Below, piece by piece: positions 12,657 through 24,486 of a stretch of DNA of 64,000 nt. The DNA lies in contig NC_045138.2 of assembly GCF_008831285.2 (NCBI RefSeq), forward strand, positions 43,524,001 to 43,588,000, written 5' to 3'. Source of the DNA: Nymphaea colorata. Its lineage: Eukaryota. Position numbers and translations under genes: made by a program. The notes beneath the pieces were generated by a model, which saw nothing but the letters and a program-made list of their open reading frames with translations, had not been told where the DNA came from and ran no database searches. The first letter of the stretch is position 1. Each line of letters starts with the position of its first letter.

Positions 12657-14375
12657 TGTAATATTTCTGGATTTTGAAAATCATGTTATTTTAGATTTGA
12701 TCATTTTGGATCCAAGTTTGAAATTTGCTTTCATGAAAAATGTTTTTTGATATAGAACCACGTTTTTTATTGGATTTATATGTGGATGAAATCATTAGAA
12801 TTTGAAAAATCTCTTTAGTAGCAAATGAGAATTGGATTTTGAATTTGATACAAGATTCTGGATAAAATTGGGACATATATCTGAAATCTAGTTTACTTGG
12901 ATCTAAATATAACTTGGTAAAATTTATGTCCGGACATGAAAGCCAATTTGATTTAATGAAAATTTATTGGAAATGAATACTTTTAACATGGGCTGGGGAA
13001 ATGGACTTGTGAAATGAATTGGATATAACTTTGGAAGACAAATTTGGATTTTAAAATGAGATTTTGGTCTAGAAATCTAATTGAAAATGTTGTTAATGTG
13101 GCATCGAGTCTGGCTCGAATCTATTGAGTGAGCCTTGGACTAAAGGGAATATACCACTCACCTCTAAAAAGGAAAAGGAACCCTTTGCTATATGCGTGGA
13201 TGTCTTCTTAAACAAAATGTAGAAATTATGCATCGGCACTCTGGCGAGATGTGGAAATGATGGATTAAGTGATGGGACTTCCTCCGTCTAGTAGGAGATG
13301 GTAAACTGAAAATAGGATATAGGGCTATGGGAAGGGCCGATGGAGAAATTTGGAATTCCTATCACTACCGGTGATAGGAATGTTCTAGGCTAAAATATGA
13401 AGAGCAAACATTATTTTTAAACAACTCCTAAATCGATAGGGGTAATGTGTGATCCTATATATGAATGAACATAGAAAATTCCTCTCAATTGTATGTCCTA
13501 CACAGACATACAAATGAGGTTATGTAGATGATGCTAAAGATCAGATGACAGTTGGAACATAGAAAATTGGACGTTTTGCTACACAGATAGTAATAAGTCC
13601 CACCATGGTTGCTGCTTTTGTTTACATGTAAAACTTTTATCAAATCTTATGTGCACACTAAATAAAATAAAAAAAACTATACTCACCTCTATTCTTTGTG
13701 CGGAATATAGAGAGATAGAACCCAACCTGTCGGTAGAAGGTTTAGTTATTCCTGACACTTTACCAGGGGTAATCAAACCAAAGACTAGACTAAAATGTTC
13801 CGCTTTTTAATTCTACATATCGTCCAACACTTAAGAAATCAAACATACTTAATTTTGAAATCATGCATGTGTTAAAATGTAAGTAGATCTTAGTAAAGAA
13901 ATTAATCTAAAGTCTGTTTTTGTCCAGATCATAATAAATCGATGCAAATCAAGGTCATAATCTAATATGATGCATGAAAATACCAAGTCATGTGTACCTA
14001 GAGTCCGGTCTTTGCTAGAACTAGGATATAGGACATGACCTAACTGAGAAAAATATAATTAAAATCCAATCTTGTAGTCATACTCAAAAAAATTCTTGTT
14101 CTAAATTGAAATAAGAGATGTCATAAAGATACAAATTGTCATATCATGTGAGGAAAAATCATGATCCAAAATCAGTAATCTAACTTTTGAGATCTGAAAT
14201 TAATACCCAAAACCCAAAAGATTAAATCCAAAATCAGAGATCCAAGATCTATAATCCAAGATTTGGAATTCAAAATCCTATAATCCAAGATCTGAAACCA
14301 GTTTGAAACTCAAAATTTGATATCCAAAATCCATAATTCAAGTTTCAAGATACAAAATCCAATAACAATGATATG

Positions 14376-14614
14376 TAAAGTTGGGCAGGAGTTTGGCTCA
14401 GGCCAGGCCTTGGTCCATAACTGCGGTCAGGGCTCGGCACAGCCTGACTGGATTAACATTTAAAAAAATAATATTTTCAATATAAAATAATATATATCAA
14501 CAATTAATTATCATAAAGTATATATAATTATAAAATAATATTAAATATAAGTTATCCAGCTAACTCGGGCCTACTAAGGCCAGCCTAAAGCCCGTGGCCC
14601 GAAGTCCAGACTTA
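14376..14614. mobile_element. hAT-type MITE, 239 bp
   Basis: Perfect 8-bp TSD ATGATATG (14368-14375 and 14615-14622), decayed TIRs taaagttgggc / gtccagactta, and a single ATGATATG at the empty paralogous site (~11176). Confidence 0.9.
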
Positions 14615-14633
14615 ATGATATGAAATTTATGCT

Positions 14634-15712
14634 GGGACGTTTCATGGTGGAAACGAAAAGAAATTTTCATTTTGGAATAGGAATAAGAAATAAAGTTTAG
14701 TATTTCCAACGCAGGTTGTGTTTATTAACTTGGAATAAAATAAATTTCATGTAGGAAGAATTCGTGGAAATGGTGGGTTCTTGTTTGCAGAGGAGGAGGA
14801 GGAGGAGGAGGAGGAGGATGTGGCTGGAGGAGGGAGAAGGGCGCGAGGAGGGAGAAGAAGAAGGGAGGAGGAAAAAGGAAGGATGTCCATACTCGTCGAC
14901 TGACGCCTCGACGCCTCTATTGCGGGAGATCTGGCTCCATACTCCTACGCCTGCGCTGACTCCCTCTTCACCAAAAGAACTAGCAATGTTTCAGAAAACA
15001 GAGAAGGAAAAGGACGCACCTAAGATGTTCAAACCCTCACCCCCAAATTCTTTTAAACCGACTGTTGACGAGGGTTTCAGAATATATTGAAACCCTCTGC
15101 TGAAACCCTCGGCACTGCCTGCCAAGGGTTCCAAAAATCTCTGGAGAAATCAAGAGGAAGGAGACATGAGGGCAGATAGAGAGGGAGAGATGAGGCGTTC
15201 GCCAGAAAAAGAGGCGTTGGCCGGAAAAAGAGAGGGAGAGATGAGGGCAAAAACAAAGGGACGACGATTGGGTGAAAAATCCACCGCAGAAAAAAGAAAG
15301 TGAGAGGGAAGGAGAGAAATCAACGCACCTGCCTTGTGTGTCCCCTTCCCCGTGAAAAATCCACCGCAGAAAAAAGATAGTGCGAGAGGGAGAGAAATCA
15401 ACGCACCTGCCTTCTGTGTCCCCTTCCCCATTCTTTTCCCCTTCCTGACGCATCCTCCTTCCCCCGTCACGACCCCTTTCCATTCCCATTCCCCGTTCTT
15501 TCTTCCCTCCCTTCTTCCTCCTCCCTCCTTCCCATTTCCCATTTCCTGTTATCCAAAAATTCTGGAAAAATGTTTCCATCTCTCTCCGTGGAAACATGTT
15601 TCAGGAAATAAATTTTCATTTCTCATTTCAACAGTAAAAAAAAAAAAAATTCTATGTTTTGAAAATTTGAAATTTATTTTTTCTACTACAGTAAAATTCC
15701 GCCCATCAAACG
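14634..15712. mobile_element. Probable non-autonomous PIF/Harbinger-type element
   Basis: Ends gggacgtttcatgg ... ccatcaaacg form an imperfect inverted repeat. The interior is purine-rich then pyrimidine-rich, with a ~79-bp tandem duplication (15272-15429). Absent from copy B. The right end appears clipped and no TSD is visible. Confidence 0.6.
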
Positions 15713-16018
15713 AGAAATTGATAATCTAGAAGTTATGATCCAAGATCTAATGTCCAAGATGCAATATCTAATATTTAAAATCTAAAATACAATATCTAGA
15801 CTTTAAAATTGATAATCTAGAATTTATGATCCAAAGTCCATGATGCCAAGTTTAAAGTCCAAGATCTGAAATCCAATACATGATACAGAAAAAACAAGAT
15901 CTATAATGAGAGATTTGAAATTTGAAATCCATAATCTATTGTTGTGATTCTTGAGGTCTAAATCCGAACTCATTGCAAGACAGATCAAAATTTAAAATCT
16001 AACTAATTAAGGCTAGGT

Positions 16019-16119
16019 CAGTGGTGGAGCCACAAGGTGACTTGTGTGGGCACTTGGTCACAAGTCAATAGGCTAGAAACGAGTGCCCCTCTAGACATAT
16101 TTTTCTAGCTTCGCCACTA
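16019..16119. mobile_element. Tiny hAT-type MITE, 101 bp
   Basis: TIRs cagtggtggagc / gcttcgccacta (9/12 match), 8-bp TSD ggctaggt / ggctaggc, and a single ggctaggc at the empty site 11493-11500. Confidence 0.88.
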
Positions 16120-17529
16120 GGCTAGGCCAATTACAAGGACTTGGTGCGGTCTTACCTAAGCTGGGTTTGAACCTATCTGGGGTGATCTTGGTTGGGACAT
16201 ATAAGTTTGATCATATTTAGATACGATTCTTGATATGATCTTTATTCCTCTTATGTGGATGTTAAGGAGGTTCACTCGATCTAGGCTATGAGATTGAGTT
16301 CATAGATAGTTGGCTCTGAGACTAGTGTGGGCTATGTTTCCGAGAACTAAACTAAGATCGGACTCAATGCTTACATGACCTAGGGTTTTGAAATCAGTTG
16401 AACAAGTTAAGTTTGAAAACATTTTAAAAAATTATGATTTGAAATGGTTCTTGCATGAGACCATACTGCATTCACGTTTTAACATGCTTGGGCCAATGCC
16501 TGAAGCTATGTTACTAAGCTGGCCTGGTTTGGTTTCACACACAAGGTGCATGTGACTGTAAAGTGATATAGTGCATGACTAATGAAAATGTATGACTATG
16601 GAATTAGAATGAAAAACGAGAAAAAAGAGATATACATAGCACAACAAGGATACACGCGCGAAGTTTCTCAATAATGGAATTCTAATTTGAAAACGAGAAG
16701 AACATGTTAAAAATAGAAAGTAGATGTAGGTTACTTGAGACAGACTTGATGGGAAATCATGTTATTTTAGATTAACTTATTTTGAATCCAAGTTTGAAAT
16801 CTGCTTCCATGAAAAATGGCTCTAGATATGGAAACAAGCTTTTATTTGCAAATAAGGTTTGGACTTTGAATTTGATATAGGATTTTGAATAGAACTTGGA
16901 CTTAGATCTGAAGTCTAGTTTACTTGGATCCAAATATATCTTGGTTTTATTTATGTCCAGATATGACATCCAATTTGATTTGAGAACCACTTTATTGAGA
17001 TATGAAAATTTATTGGAAATGAATCCTTTTAACATGGACTGAGAAAATTTTATTGAAATTGGAAGCTAAATTTGGATTTTTAAATTGAGATTTTGGGCTT
17101 AAAATCCATTTCAGAACATTGTTAGTGTAGCCTCGAGTCTAGCTCGAACCTAGAGTGAGCCTTGAGGCACCGTGAGGGATGGAGAACTTGGCCACGCGTC
17201 GACTTCCATACTCGAATGCCAACGCAAGAGTTCTCTCCACCTAGGGACACACGGATCGACACTCTACCGAAGGACACATGGATCAACATTCAACGCGCAC
17301 CTACCTTTGCTTTAGGTGGCATATAGAAAAGATATTCAACGAGAGATTTGAATTTCTGCCACCACACATGTAAATAGAAATATGAGAAAAATGAACAATT
17401 ATCTGAACTTTAGAAAACCTCATGCCCGACCAGAGGACCACAGCACAAAATCCGAAATATGAAATCCCCAAATTGCACCTAAATCTCACTCAATCATGTA
17501 TATACCCACCCCAAGCCAAACCTATTTCA

Positions 17530-17674
17530 CTTAAGTGTGGATGCCCATGCTGATACGGCAAGTTACAAAGCAAATTAGCAAATTGGATAATTCATGGGTG
17601 CAGTGATATATATATATATATATAATACCGTAAGTTACAAAACAAATTGGAAAATCCATGGGCGCAGTGAAAAA

Positions 17675-17706
<32 letters not shown>

Positions 17707-17816
17707 TTTTTAAAAAAAAGTAAAACTGGTGCAGCAGCATCGGAGATCAAATTCGATTTGATCGAGTGGAGTGCCGTGTCGGGCCCGCACACATGGGTGC
17801 AGGTGCACCACTATAG
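17530..17816. mobile_element. MITE-like remnant with internal direct repeat and (AT)n tracts
   Basis: aagttacaaa...caaatt...catggg(t/c)gcagtga occurs twice; the right end is gggtgcaggtgcaccactata; the left end is only weakly complementary. Confidence 0.4.
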
Positions 17817-19379
17817 TTATAGTGTGACTTAGAGCCGAACCATATATGCCAATTGAATCTAAATATCGATAACTTGTATTGGCCGTTCATTGTTCTTCTT
17901 TTTTATTGAATTATTTAACCAGAACAATCATAAGGAGGGCCATTGGGGCAAAAAACGTTCAAACCAAGGAGAAACTCGTAGTATATAACAAGGATTTAAT
18001 CATCAGTTCAACGGTTCATGAACGAGAATCTAAACATGATATGACCAAATGAAATGCAATAAAAATTAAATGCCCGACCCTACTTCAGTCACAACAATCA
18101 AGCAAACGTGGAATTTAACAGGCCTTACAAAATTAAATCAAAACGCAAGTTCAAAGGTTACCTGAAGGAACAGCTGTTCGCAAGAATTGGACACGTCAGC
18201 TCACATGACCCAGGGCAACAACCGACAACCATGGTACACAGGACGAAAGAGATTGAGCCATCCCTGATGACAGCAGCAGCACAGTGATCTATTGCTAGAA
18301 TATCATGCAAGTACTTCCGTTGTACTTAGATGCGAAGCCTCTGCAATTGGCCCCTCCACACGGTTGCCATCAAAGGAATCGGCCGCAACCAATTTTTTGG
18401 CGGCCTCCATTACTGAACCAGCTCATCTACATCCTCAATTTTGGAAAATAGAAACATACCGGCAGCAAAAGAAAGGGGAGCAATAATGAAAAGCAGGAAA
18501 TGAACGGGGTTTACACATGTTAATGGGGTAACCGAAGTGCCTCTGTGAATCAGCCAAACAATGCAAGGATGGCTCTGAAGCGGAATGAACAGGGACTTCC
18601 ATGGGAATAATACAATGCCTGCTTCTGACGGACTGTTGATTTGGGAAGAATGGAGGTGTAGGTTGAGCTCGATGACCCTTTACTGCATGCATGGAGGTCT
18701 CGTTAGACATAATGTAGAGATGATGCATCGGCAGTCTAGTAAGCTGTGGAAATGGTGGATTAAGCGATGGGAGCTCCTCCCTCTAGCAACAGATGCTGAA
18801 CCGAAAATAGAAGGTAGGGCTACGGCAAGGCCCGATGGAGAAACTGGGAATTTCTGCCAGTGACAGGGATGTTGTTTTGGTGAGATGTTTCTTCACGGGT
18901 GATGACTGAAGACTTATTGCCTTGAGTTCAAGGAAGGTGTCAGGAGATATCCATAGATGATGGGCCTGATCTACACCTAGTGTGCCCAGTAAGCGAACCT
19001 GAGGTCAACTCCTTCTGTCAGGGTAGATTCATGCCATTGAAACATGACTGCAGCTCAGGCGAAGGGCCAATGCAGGGTGGTGGCTGATGATGAACTGGAT
19101 TACAGCAAGGGCATCATGTGATAATGTGCCTGATCATGTGTATCAGGATCATGCAATGATCTTCCTTTCATGATTTTCGATTCTTCCTGCCTGCTGATGA
19201 TGAACTGGGTTACAGCGAGGGCATCATGTTAGCAAGGGCATCATGTGATGAACAGGGATGGGGCTTTAGGAAAGATGGGCTGCCCAGTTGTGGTTTAGTT
19301 GTGGTTTTGATGATTCAGAAAACGAGAAAGAGAGTGATGATGGAGGTGCTGGTGGGTTGGGCAGTGATAATTCTGGGTT

Positions 19380-20020
19380 CCAATTAAAGCCGAGGAGGGT
19401 GGTGATGTTTCAAATGGCAGCGATTAAAGGAAGGACCTAAAATCGATGTCGAGAAGAGGGGGACTCCTTCATCCGAATAAAATTGGTGGCTATGAAGACA
19501 TCTGACGGCTTGTGCTGCTAGTAAGAGCTCGAGCAGGTGGCCAGGTGGCGATCCTATTGAAGTAGATTAGAGATCAATGCCTAGTAATTTCTGCTCTCTA
19601 GGCCATAAGCGGTCATCAGTAGGTGGGATTGAAGAGCATCATCTGGCGGATGGCCAAACCAGAGGATGAGGCATGTTGGAGCTGGGTTGCTGTGGGGTCG
19701 CTGCTGGTGGTTGGGAGATGAAAACGGGGAAGAGGGAGGTTGCAATGGAATTGTGTAGCGATGAGAGCCATGGGGTCCTCGGTCGAATTAGGGAATAAGA
19801 GGAAGGCAGCAAGGTAGCCAATGCAGCGGTCTTGCATCATCGTCAATGGAACGTGACTCCCAGAGCGCCTCCTCCAGGTATTTGGAAAGGAAGAGGGGCT
19901 CACCTCTGGGGTGGATGGCATCATGGCCAGGCCCTTGATCACATCTTCCAGGCTCTGTTAGGACGACTTCGTCATCCACAACGACGATGAAGGACAATAA
20001 GTTTTCGTTCAAGCTTTACC
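19380..20020 (-). mobile_element. Probable decayed L1 LINE ORF1 (DUF4283-like) remnant
   Basis: Across frameshifts: ...AFLLFPNSTED..., ...LFNP..., KLLGID, PARALT and a Cys/His patch. This is the order expected for plant L1 ORF1 (FL..F...D / IG..L.ID / ARV.V / Zn knuckle). It is followed by a Ser/Pro-rich stretch with short repeats (19084-19250). Similarity is weak. Confidence 0.42.
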
Positions 20021-21089
20021 CCGATCATCGCCGAGGAAAATGGAAAAGAGGGGATGGGGAACGAGTGAGAACGGAAGAGAGAAGAAAAATCGTGAAGAAA
20101 GAGAAACATGGATAGAGAAAAATAAAAAAGAGGATAAAATGAGATTTATTCTAAAAACTTTTGCAAATTCACATCTGCAATTGATCTTCAAAATTGTTTG
20201 AGAATTCTTCTCCAATATCTTGCTTGATTAGATTTTAAATCTTTGAAATTGACCTGAAAATCCTTTAAAATCGATTTAAAATTATCCGCAACTTGTTTTG
20301 AACTTATTCCAAGATCTTCAAAAATTGATTTAAGATGTATAGAAATTGATTTTGGAATTAAGTGAATATTTCTCTGAAAATTCTAAAAATTTGAAATATT
20401 CGCAAATAATCTCAACATTTTTTTAAAATTTCTTGTAATTAACTTAACGAACAATAAAATAGTTATTTGGCCAAAATGAAAATTTTCGGTGTCTACACAT
20501 TCTTGCCTCCATTAAAATTTTGCTCATTTTTTCAATGACTAATTAAATGACTCACACTACGTTTGAAATGAACTTTATGATGGCTTGAATGCACCCCTTG
20601 CTGGGTAGGTAGTTCTTTTAAACTAGTGGGTGGAGGATTCTTTTGTTGCGCACCTTATATTTCAGAAACTTGTTAGATTCTACTCCAAACCCACAAAAAA
20701 TTTGTGGATTTAAATGGAGCTTGTAAAATAACAACCTATTAAAGACCTTTGAAAGGGTTTCAATATGAACCTCTCAAGTTTTAGATTTGACAATTTATCA
20801 TCTATATATACACCCTTGAACTTGTACATCTGATCATAAAATATGACTATCAAATGGCTCTAATATTCTTCAACCTAAAAGACATAGCTGTAGAACAAAT
20901 TGTTCCCTAACGAACAACAATTAGTATCTTTTGACGTCCAACTCCTCCCATCAGTCACAATTCTTATTATATCGATGCACTTAAAACATCTAACAGTTAG
21001 ATGGTTAAAGAAAAGATAATATGTGATGTACAAGTCAAATTTTAGAAAGCGTTGAGGACCCAGCGAGGGAGTTAGACAGCTAAGAAATA

Positions 21090-21420
21090 CGGATCAAATC
21101 TTATCCGCATGTGAAAAGGGAGAAAAAGGCGAACCCGTGGGCTGGGTGGGAGGGGTTGAGTATCGGGTTTGGGGGTATCAAATTCGTGGCGGAGAAGGGG
21201 CAGCGCGCACCCAACGTGGCATGGTCGAGGGGGGAGCTTTTGCTTTCCCTTGCAAGTCAGCCTCGGGAATCAAAAACTCGTGGCTCACGATCGTCCTCTC
21301 TCACTGACGTGGCACCACGGAGACGACGTTTTCCGTCCCAGTTACATTCGCTTGACGCCGTTAGGGGCCAGAAAGGGGAAGGGGACTGACAAAAAGGGTT
21401 GAAATTTGAAGGCATTGGCG
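21090..21420 (+). promoter_or_regulatory. GC/CpG-rich putative promoter with two ABRE/G-box cores and an I-box-like motif
   Basis: ACGTGGC at 21214-21220, TGACGTGGC at 21305-21313 and CTTATC at 21100-21105. CpG is retained here, unlike in the surrounding TE DNA. Confidence 0.55.
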
Positions 21421-21496
21421 TTTTCCTGCTCAGATTTCCGTTCTCCCTGCACTGTAAAGAGAGAGATAGAGGACAAGCATTCCGTTCCGGCTGAAG

Positions 21497-22519
21497 ATGG
21501 AGGTAGGAGAGGTAATGATCTGATCACTTTTTCTGTTCTCGTTCTTCTTCTCTCCCTCTGAAGAAATTTGTGACTGTGCCCTTCAAATCCATAGCCTTCA
21601 AAGTATTATGCGGATGCGATGAGTTTTTCTTGGCGTGGGAGTCTGGGACTTGCTCTTGGGGAGTTTTTCTAGCTATAATCGTGCTTGAAACTTTTCAAGG
21701 TCGAAAGACCTTATCTTGGAATCGTTTTTGGTGATCTTCTTCTTTTCTGAACCCTGATCAGATGGCTTTGGGATTTGTTTCTTTCAAATTCCGACGATAT
21801 CGTGTGCAGATGTACTCCGAGTTTTTCACGTTACGGGAACATTTGTAGTTTAGACTTTGGGGAGAAATTGCTAATTTCTTGTCCGTTGGTCGAAACTGGC
21901 GCAGTATTTGAATTAATATGCAGATGAGTTTTGGGTGTGCATCATTTTATAAACTGCTGCAAGATATGGCTTCCTTTTCCTTTTTCGAATTTGGGGAGTG
22001 GGTTTAGGCTCTTAGCTGTTATTCGGGCAGCCCAACTTGAGGTTTTCGAGTTTACATCCTTCCGGGAGATTAATATCAAGCAGTTTCTTTGTTCCGACTT
22101 CCGATTAATCTTGTACCTTTAGTTTGTTTCAGAGTCAACTTGAGCCAGCATTTTTGCAGCTTTCTATGTTGCTTTAACTATCTTTCGAGACGAATTTGAA
22201 GAACGAGGATTGTTTTTTTAAGTCGCTTGTTTTCCTTTTTCTTCCTGGATTGTTGCCTTAAACTTGAGATTTCTGTTTAACTAACCAGGATAAGAGAAGA
22301 AGCAGTTTGAAGGAGGATGGTATCTCCAAGAATGCCGATGATGCTAAAAGGCTGGGAATCCTAAAGGGGAAGGCTGTTGAGACGTCGAGGTCAGGATGTT
22401 TCTTCAAGGGTATCAGTTCCCAAAATCACAGCGATGTTCGGAACAATGATTCCTCAAAGATCTTGCGTGCAAATCCTGCTGCTCTATCTCGCCGTCTGGA
22501 TTTTCACGAGTGCCTGTAA
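21497..22519 (+). CDS. Two-exon gene for a small uncharacterised protein (81 aa; 78 aa with the upstream donor): join(21497..21511,22289..22519)
   Basis: ATG in strong context (aagATGG). Donor GAG|gtaatg at 21511/21512, T-rich intron, acceptor ctaaccag|G at 22288/22289. Phase-0 splicing lands in frame with ORF 22307-22519, giving MEVGEDKRRSSLKEDGISK...KILRANPAALSRRLDFHECL*. The region is not repeated elsewhere in the window. Confidence 0.7.
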
Positions 22520-23224
22520 CTGCATGTTGGGGGCTTTAGCCTGCTGTACATTATATGGTTTTCACTTCTTTGTCTTCTTTGATTCTGCTTCGGCCTTCGT
22601 GCAGAACCATCTACCCTGCCCCTGGTACTTGGGGATTCGACGAGAGAGAGAGAGAGAGATGATTAGCCAGATTGAAGCAGTCTCTACTTTCAGCAGAGTG
22701 CTCTGACTATTAATGGAGGGGAACTTATATAAACACTCTGAATTACCGTCATTGTTTAATATATACTTGGTGTTGAAATTTTCTCTTCTTTTATGACTTA
22801 AGCTTTCTCCTTTTTCCCGATGCAAAATTGCAGGGGTGGCTTAAGGTTTCTCTCCATGCTCATGCTTGTACCATGAATGCTTTGCCCCTCCTTCTGGACT
22901 CGAGAATTCTATTGTTGTTGCCATCTTCGCCAGTTTCACCAAGATATATAACTACCAGTGGCTTCCTTTTTTCTACTCCGAATTTGCTTTACAGAACAGC
23001 CTATCGTCTATTAAAGCTGGACAAGTTTGAATCGGTCATTCATAAAACTAAATGATATAGAGATACATGAATTCCATGATTAGGATATCCCATCCATTAA
23101 GGGTTGTTTGCTTACCTTGGTCGTACTTTTCTAAGACTGATTTGCTTTTGAGGGCCCAACGGAAAAATTTGATACTCAGGAATAGAGACACTGATATCGT
23201 TTCACAATCAAAGTGCATCACTAA

Positions 23225-23400
23225 GGGGCGTTTGATGCACCGTAATATGATGTTGGAATCAAAATTCCACTTTCCATTTTTCTATTGTGTTTGATGTTCT
23301 GGAAATTTGATTTCAGAATTCAAATTCTGTTTTTTGACGAAACATGGATCGAAATTCAGGAATTTTTTTGGGGGGTTACTGTTGAATCCCATTTCTTAGT
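23225..23400. mobile_element. Left end of a Tourist/PIF-Harbinger-like MITE
   Basis: taa|GGGGCGTTTGATG start followed by gaatt/aattc-rich sequence; no right end seen. Confidence 0.45.
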
Positions 23401-23973
23401 AATCATTATAGAGCCATATTCCTCCTACAAGCCATCATGTTTGGGTACTTCGGAAAATCAATGGTGCCATTTTGATCTCCGTCAGTTCATTTGCCATATC
23501 CACAAGCTAAGCCTCAGTTGCATTTTTGGAATTGGACTGGCCAAGTTGGAAAAAAAATTAAGAGTTCAATACTCAGACTGCTACCAATATGGCAGCATTC
23601 CTAGCCAGCCTGGATGAATAATGACATGGAACCAGGAACAACGGGAATTAAAAGACCCAGCTTACAAATACCGGGTTAAGATAGCTTGAACTGCACAATT
23701 CTAGTTCATGTCATGTGCATATAGATATAGACGCTTTAGTACATCTGCAAGGAGAAGACATCAGATCTCGACTTAAAAATTTAAACTAAAACAAAGAAAA
23801 TGATTTAAAATTTAAGACAGAAACAAGAAAATAATGACACACTTGCACTGCAAGCAGTGCAAGGAAAATTTGCTAAGCATAGATAGAATTAGCATGCCAC
23901 GCATTTGATACCTCAAAGGCAAACCGGTTGCCTTTTCAGAAAATTATGCTTAGCACAAATATAACAGAGGTAC

Positions 23974-23976
<3 letters not shown>

Positions 23977-24025
<49 letters not shown>
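23977..24025. repeat. (AT)n microsatellite
   Basis: Directly visible. Confidence 0.97.
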
Positions 24026-24033
<8 letters not shown>

Positions 24034-24486
24034 GATAGAGAGAATGCTTGAACAATTGGGGTGTGTGTATGTGTACACGCAAACAACAGAAACAATGCTT
24101 GCTCAATTGGGCTTAATCTAAAGTAGTGCCTTCACAACCGTAAGATTTAGAGCAACAATTGACCATGACATGGTGCCAAATTCTATTGGAGTAGGAGTAA
24201 ACACCCTAACTTTTCCACTGTTTCATTTCTATGTTTTACTTTGATTCTAACTTTTTTCTAATCATTTAAGAACTATTTCCTGAGTTGTTTTCTAAATGTT
24301 TCTAATTGTTTTGAATCCATGTTGGTTCTTTACCAGAAAATGATCTCAGTATAACCTGTCCCATACCCATGTAGCATCCAGTAAAAAATCAACCCACTAA
24401 GTTGATACATATACAAATTTTCCATTTTACCCCTCTTTCTTTGGAGGGCTTAGAAATCAACAAGTAAAGGTAATTCAACCTCTATT

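Larger units (their letters stand above)
10200..13137 (-). mobile_element. Long LTR-like segment, copy B (paralogous to 13630-17164)
   Basis: Colinear similarity with copy C throughout (e.g. 11620-11700 vs 16245-16325; 12020-12170 vs 16595-16740); both end at gagtgagccttg. Confidence 0.8.
13630..17164 (-). mobile_element. Long LTR-like segment, copy C (paralogous to 10200-13137), with three DNA-transposon insertions
   Basis: Colinear with copy B once 14376-14614, ~14634-15712 and 16019-16119 are removed. Confidence 0.8.

Noticed and set aside
13355..13381. Resemblance of the hairpin to the bacterial tet operator (CCTATCA..TGATAG)
   Set aside because: Spacing differs and there is no vector or bacterial context; coincidental.
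14764..15729. Overlapping 108-186 aa ORFs on both strands
   Set aside because: Low-complexity purine and pyrimidine tracts inside a non-autonomous DNA transposon; no domain motifs.
21111..21527. ORFs over the GC-rich promoter region
   Set aside because: Non-ATG starts and stop-poor GC-rich DNA; better explained as promoter and 5' UTR.
22317..22706. Alternative frames in exon 2 (MVSPRMPMMLKGWES*; hydrophobic ORF 22377-22706)
   Set aside because: Out of frame with the spliced ATG, and the longer one runs through a (GA)n tract. Not excluded without Ribo-seq, but unsupported.
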